Source of the DNA: Eledone cirrhosa
Lineage: Eukaryota
DNA: 64,000 nt
Reading direction: 5' to 3'
Assembly (NCBI GenBank): GCA_964016885.1
Contig: OZ024758.1
Span: 18,414,001-18,478,000, forward strand
A program made the translations under genes and the position numbers. Shown piece after piece: positions 57,569 to 64,000 of the stretch. How positions within the stretch are numbered: position 1 is the first letter of the stretch; every line of letters starts with the position of its first letter. The notes under the pieces were generated by a model. It was not told where the DNA came from. It searched no databases and saw nothing but the letters and a program-made list of their open reading frames with translations.

Positions 57569-57610
57569 TCACTGATAATGTCACATTTCTGTGACGAAAG
57601 AATTCTTTGA
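57569..57610 (+). ncRNA. Hammerhead motif, family H (G8>A), in unit about 57560-57836
   Basis: TCA-CTGATAA-T-GTCACA tttc TGTGAC-GAA-AGAATTCT-T-TGA. Confidence 0.7.
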
Positions 57611-59229
57611 AACTATATTCATATTCTTAACAGTTGGTCAATCAATGTTAAACATTGAGTGCCAGCTGAATTATTTATATAAATATAAATATACAGAAGC
57701 AAAAAGCAAATCAGATAGTGAGTGTGATTTACTATATATATTTGGCAATGTTATAACAACATGACCCTCCTCAAATGTAACAATATCTGTTTCAACACAC
57801 GATTTAATATTAAAAAAATATTGCCAAACAAATATATCCCTTGAATTTAGAGGTGGTTTGGGTCGATTCCTTCATGGAATACAGCATAATCATCTAAAGT
57901 TAATTATACATAGAATCATAAAAGTGGTAATAAAAGGGTGTAGAACAAGAGGGTTAGTTAAGTATGTCGTTAATACTGTAATTGTTCCCCTTTCCAGGTC
58001 CAGATGTAATAGACAGATCTTTATATTACTGTAATTCACTAGGTAACTAGTGTGTCTTTGTATATGTTAATCTTCAACCAATCAGAAACCTTTTAACAAC
58101 ATTTATCTGACTGGTCTCGGATGGTCTTTGAATCCATGGCATTTTTCTTTATTCTAGAATGGAGTATTATGAAAACTTACTACAATTTTCATTCTCAATA
58201 ATTTAGCATTCAACGTCAGAAGATGTTGAAAGAGATAAGTTTTCATACACCACAATATCTTCCCGCACAGACAAATTATGACTGCATAGATAAACTATAT
58301 TCTTTTGCTGAATATTCTCTTCATGTTATTTTCTAGTTAGATTTAAATACTTAGATACTATCTATCACTATCAAAGTAATATTTCGCATGACATTCTTTT
58401 GAAAAAAGGAACATTATTTAGAGTAAATTGCGTTTACTGACATTCGAAAACAGGAAGATATGTCTGGATGCTATGAAGGTAAATGAAAACTAATGACGTA
58501 AACACGAAATGGAATAGAAATATATTCCAATAAGTTGTACAGACGTATTTCTGCTGTCTAGATGTTACTATGTCAGTAAATCTAAGTATTTTGAATACAA
58601 TATAAAACATGTCTGATAAATTCATGAGGTCTGTTGACAAAGAAAAAATAATAATAAAGTATCATGAATACATAAACACTAGAATGCTACCACAATAACG
58701 AAATATATATGAAATACATTGCCAATACCGACTGAAGAAGATTTTATGAAGAGAAGACAGTGTACGATATGTGTGCTTCTTTTTCGATTTTGCACGCATG
58801 ATTATTTTCTTTTCGTGTTGTTCTCTTCACCGATTTGCGCTTAATTTTGTATATGATTTCTTTCTTCAAACTTTCTCGATTTGTATGGGTTTTCTTTTCA
58901 TATATATTCTCTGGTAGTAATTCGAAAGTTTATCGCCACATAATTCTTTAGTTCTTTACTTACACCACTCGATTTCGTTTGGAAAGAAAACCTTCTTTGT
59001 GTGTGAATCGATGTTCATTATTTTGCATCTATAGATTCGCAGATCTTATTTATATCGTTGCTTCTTAAACACAAATGATATGAACAAACAATTCTGAGGC
59101 TTACACAATTAAGAGCAGATGCTTTTTATGATTGTATACAAAATACTAAGACAATGTCATGGTTTAATATTGAGAAAACAAATTACACAAGAACTGTTGA
59201 GTATTATCAATGTTATACTTTCTACATAC

Positions 59230-59328
<99 letters not shown>

Positions 59329-59437
59329 TCATATGTATATACATACATTTACACGCATATATATACACACACATAACCACATTTATATATATATATATAT
59401 CTATATATATATATGCACACATACATATATACGTATT

Positions 59438-59481
<44 letters not shown>

Positions 59482-59934
59482 CGAACATATATATATACGT
59501 ACACACACATACACAAACATATATATAATTCAAAAGCTTAGGTATTGAACTGCATGGATAACAACTGTTAGTACATTACGTCAAAGAGTTGTTTTCATAT
59601 GAAACGACACATTAGCGAATCATTACAACGTATAAAACGAGTCTAATACGAAGATAACGGTCCACAATAAAATGAAACACGTCCATATCAGAACGTTTTA
59701 GAAACTCTAAAGTATATTGATTTTCATTTGCCAACTTCAAGCATGCGTATAATACACAGCATACAATTATACACACGCAACTATACATAAACACACTTGC
59801 ACATGCATATAGACACAACTGCATACAACACAATTGCACACTTACACATACACAGATGCATAGAACAGAGTCACAAAGGATATATGTGTATTATATACAC
59901 ACACACAAATATACATATATACATATATATATAT

Positions 59935-60260
59935 ATATAGAGAGAGAGAGGGTAAGAGAGAGAGAGAAGGGGAGAGGTAGAGATGGAGAGATGAAGAGAT
60001 AGAGAGATAGAGAGAGTGAGAGACTGGCAGAAAGCGAGATTGATGGAGGTAGAGAGAAAGGGGGAGAGAGCGAGAAAGGAGGCAAGCGAGAGAGATAAAG
60101 AGCGAGAAAGAGGATGGGAGAGAAAGCGAGAGGTTGGTAGAGGTGGGGAGAAAGAGAGAAATGGAGCCGTGGTTGGAGAGAGAGAAATGGAGAGGTGGGG
60201 AGAGAGCGAGACTTACAGATAGCGAGAAAGAAGTCGAGAAGGAGGGAGAGAGAAAAAGAT
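59935..60260. repeat. Degenerate (GA)n polypurine tract
   Basis: Directly visible; a similar tract lies at 56820-57105. Confidence 0.85.
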
Positions 60261-60694
60261 AATGTGTGGAGCACGAGAAGTACCGAGAGTGAAACAACTT
60301 AATTTTCTTTTGCTGACGTTTAAATAATCGAATATTCATAACATAATACATTCTATAATCTATTCAAGCTCTTTATCCTATAACAAGCTTCATTATATTT
60401 CTGATCCATTTTTACATCGAAGCAGGATCGTGTTGTCTGGTGTATATAGTTATCAAAGTGAAGTTGTCTGGTGTATATAGTTATCAAGGTGAAGCTGGAA
60501 GAGGGGTTATATTATACTCGTCGCCTTATCCCCTCTCGACGACGATACCTCTACACAAACTTGACAAAGGGCAATAACTCAGAAACAACATTGTCGACTG
60601 TTTCTTTGTGCAACCGCTAGAAAAAAGGATGACGATGGTCATCCAAAAATTGAGCGTGATGAGGATGTATTGCTTACAAACGAATAAAACATCA

Positions 60695-61081
60695 GTGGTG
60701 GATTGGCAGTATCGGTAGAGGGTCTGACGCCATGCTTTTCAGCGAAGAGTTACGGCCATTTAAGGACTGAATTCAATTTCCAACGAGGTTAACTTTGCCG
60801 TTCATCCTTACGGGGGTCGATAAAATAAAGTAGCAGTAATCCACTGAGTAATTTCTGTAGAAACAATTATGACTACTATTCGATAAAGGTGGTGAATTGG
60901 CGGTATCAGTAGAGGGTCGGACACTATTCTTTGCAGCATAGAGTTATGCCCCTTTATGGTCTGAGTTCAAATCCCGCCGAGGTTAACTTTGACTTTCATC
61001 TTTCCGGGTGCCGATAAGATAAGGTACCGGTAATATACCAGGTTATTTGCTGGCCTTGTGCCTAAAGTAGAAACAATTATT
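60695..61081 (+). mobile_element. Head-to-tail SINE dimer
   Basis: Two consensus copies. Confidence 0.88.
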
Positions 61082-61299
61082 TCTATTCGATATAAAACAT
61101 GAGAATATATATATATAATATAACAAGGTATCGTTTAAGGTAATCCGAGTATCCTGATCATTTGGTAGGGTATCGACTATGATTAAAATCGAGTGGCCTA
61201 ACTTCTAACGATCAGCGATTCAGACACACTGGACTAATGAAACAATTGTTAATACATTAAATAAACCCTATATTGCAGCCGACTGCGTATTCTTCACTC

Positions 61300-61399
<100 letters not shown>

Positions 61400-61402
61400 A
61401 TA

Positions 61403-61480
61403 TAACAAAGGAATTGTGGGAAGGAACCAGATGGAACATAACGCAGCAGAGTACTCAATATATAGGGTAGTAGAGTGCGA
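61403..61480 (-). mobile_element. Family C 3' fragment
   Basis: TAACAAAGGAATTGTGGGAAGGAACCAGATGG..GTACTCAATA..GGGTAGTAGAGTG. Confidence 0.72.
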
Positions 61481-61511
<31 letters not shown>

Positions 61512-61705
61512 TTTAGTACAGCATTGACGAGGGTTTAGAATACAGCCGAGCTAGCGTATATGCATAATCGGTCTGTAGCTTGAGCACTCAGATGAGGAAA
61601 GACCCCAGAGTAATAACATTACGTTCAGGCAGCTTAGCAAATCAGATATAGCGGTCGGCAGTCCAGCCGCATCACTAGAGCAACGAAAATACAGGACCCA
61701 GGAAA

Positions 61706-61763
<58 letters not shown>

Positions 61764-61771
<8 letters not shown>

Positions 61772-61880
61772 TAAATGGAAAATATCTGTATAACAACATG
61801 TTTATTTCATAATTATTTTGTTATAAAGATATTTTCTATTTATTAATATTTTTAATATTAATATTGTAATACTCCAGATA
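61764..61880. mobile_element. Short family B fold-back (3' part only, no HHR)
   Basis: AATATTAATAAATGGAAAATATC..GATATTTTCTATTTATTAATATT followed by ATACTCCAGA. Confidence 0.6.
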
Positions 61881-62522
61881 AATACATGCATAATGCTTCA
61901 TATATGTTATACATTTAACTCTTTTTAATATTCATCAGCAAAGCATTAACTCATTGTTTATATATAGATATATATATATATATATATAGATATATATTCG
62001 CGTATGTGCGTGTGTGAGTGTGTGTGTGTGCGCGTGTGCGTGTGCGTGTGTGTTTGTGATTGTGCGCGTGTGTGCGTGTGTGTGTGTGTTTATCTAGATC
62101 ACAGCCTGTAATAGAATATCTAACTGCACATTTAACGTAGAATTAATGAAATAATTACATATATATTTTATATAACACTTTTCAGATATTTCCTTTTCCT
62201 AAAATTATAAATAATTTACACGATTTTTTAGATTTTTGAATCTGCTTCCGAAAATAGCTAGTCTTATGAAATACCATAGAGTATCGTATTCACAATACAG
62301 TGTATATTGAAAAAAGCTTATATGTACAATCTACTTTTATGACATGCTTTCCTTGTGCACCTAATTCCTTAAATATGTAATATTAATTCAGAACGCAGCG
62401 TATATTAGAAGATTTTCGATTCATAGAACATGAATATTATTACTATATAACTATTTAATTAGAACCTCGGTGTCAAGAGAAAGAAAAATGAACAATTTTA
62501 ATAGCATTACTTCTGTATGTAA

Positions 62523-62712
62523 GGGCGGTGGATTGGCAGTATCGGTAGAGGGTCGGACGCCATGCTTTGCAGCACAGTTACGTCCCTTTACGGACGGAGT
62601 TCAAATCCCGCCGAGGTTAACTTTGCCTCTCATCCTTAAGGGGTCGATAAAATAAAGTACCAGTAATACATGGGGTGATGGATAGCCTTGTGACAAATGT
62701 AGAAACAATTAT
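62523..62712 (+). mobile_element. tRNA-derived SINE, full length
   Basis: GGCGGTGGATTGGCAGTATCGGTAGAG..GAGTTCAAATCCCGCC..GTAGAAACAATTATT. Confidence 0.9.
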
Positions 62713-62852
62713 TTCTGTATGTAGGAAAACATGCAAAACGTTCTCATATTAACGTCCATATGTAAGTACACATCACATACACGCACACGTACTCGCTCAT
62801 ACACACACACATACAAACGCCCACCCATACACACATACATACCAGGTATTTA

Positions 62853-62894
<42 letters not shown>

Positions 62895-63007
62895 TAAATA
62901 TATATAAATATATACATATATAAAAATATATATATATATACATATATAAATATATATATATATTTACGATATTAAATAAATGGAAACTATATTTATAAAA
63001 ACATATT

Positions 63008-63073
63008 TATTTCATTATATATATTTCAGGGATATCATATTAAAAATATGGTTTGCCTTCATCAGACAAACTA
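63008..63073 (-). ncRNA. Hammerhead motif, family B (minus arm)
   Basis: Mirror of 63221-63286. Confidence 0.75.
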
Positions 63074-63220
63074 CGATATAAACAGTCTTATAAATAGATA
63101 GATTTGACATACCTTACGACTTCAACATCCATTTAAAGTTGATTTGGAATTTGAAGTTGATTTGGAATTTGAAGTTGTAAGGTATGTCAAATCTTTCTAT
63201 TTATAAGACTGTTTATATTG

Positions 63221-63286
63221 TATTTTGTCTGATGAAGGCATACCATATTTTTAATATGATATCCCTGAAATATATATAATGAAATA
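63221..63286 (+). ncRNA. Hammerhead motif, family B (plus arm)
   Basis: TATTTTGT-CTGATGA-AGG c ATACCATATT ttt AATATGATAT c CCT-GAA-ATATATAT-A-ATGAAATA. Confidence 0.82.
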
Positions 63287-63413
63287 AATATGTTTTTATA
63301 AATATAGTTTCCATTTATTTAATATCGTAAATATACTCCAAATACTTGTTGAGTGCTTTTATAATCAGTTATAAATATTTACTCGTTGTAACACAACAAT
63401 TTAAATAAAACTT

Positions 63414-63480
<67 letters not shown>

Positions 63481-63950
63481 CAGATTACAATCACATTTCT
63501 GTTTAATGCATTTAATTGCTAGTCGTTTCTTCCAGACATATTTTCTTACTAGTAATTGGATAACACAACATGTTACCCTTGTCCTATCTATAATTATATA
63601 TAGATGATATACAAGTATAATAATAATAATAATAATAATTATTATTATTATTATATATGCTTACATGTTTATAAATATGTTATGTAAATATATATATAGA
63701 TATATATATATATATATATATATTACACTCTCGTGTCCCCTTTATTTACGTGTCCCAACGACTTTTTTTAGCCGTTGCTCGCACCAACCGGAGGTATATG
63801 GTCTTTAAAGCGATGAAATACCAATGATGGTTGGAAGATCACTGATAAAGGATTAACTTTATTTATATATATATATATATACACATATACATATATATAT
63901 ATATATATATACATAGACACATACCCCACACACACACATACACACACATA

Positions 63951-63997
<47 letters not shown>

Positions 63998-64000
63998 GTA

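Larger units (their letters stand above)
62961..63416. mobile_element. Family B fold-back pair (arms about 62961-63125 and 63169-63334) plus 3' extension to (TA)n
   Basis: Near-perfect inverted arms; the spacer holds a tandem AAGTTGATTTGGAATTTG x2. Confidence 0.92.

Noticed and set aside
60432-60494. 31-bp tandem duplication (also small duplications at 12601-12626 and 42142-42275)
   Set aside because: Ordinary slippage-type duplications with no further structure.
62523-62612. tRNA gene
   Set aside because: A and B boxes are present, but this is the head of a high-copy SINE with no convincing cloverleaf.

Overview
AT-rich, microsatellite-saturated eukaryotic non-coding DNA. The SINE/LINE content suggests a cephalopod (Octopus-like) intron or intergenic region; that is inference. 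No host protein-coding gene is supportable, and nearly all ORF-track entries are (TA)n/(CA)n artefacts. Recognisable coding remnants are all retroelements: a Penelope-like element (PLE, probably Naiad clade) thumb/linker/GIY-YIG fragment at 1-466 (-), an RTE LINE RT fragment at 5613-6613 (-), and short Vingi-like, RTE and Tx1-like 3' ends. There are also about 25 tRNA-derived SINE copies and two 100-bp mariner-type MITEs. The main unannotated signal is roughly 25-30 type I hammerhead ribozyme (HHR) motifs from about 11 sequence families (labelled A-K here). They lie in 100-500 bp pLTR/retrozyme-like units that end in (TA)n and often form fold-back inverted pairs. They show stem covariation, palindromic (dimer-type) stem III, a compensatory U3-A8 core variant and a recurrent U4A variant. 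One HHR unit is joined, inverted, to the 5'-truncated PLE ORF. All coordinates and folds were read by eye (allow a few bp of error); no folding or database search was run.
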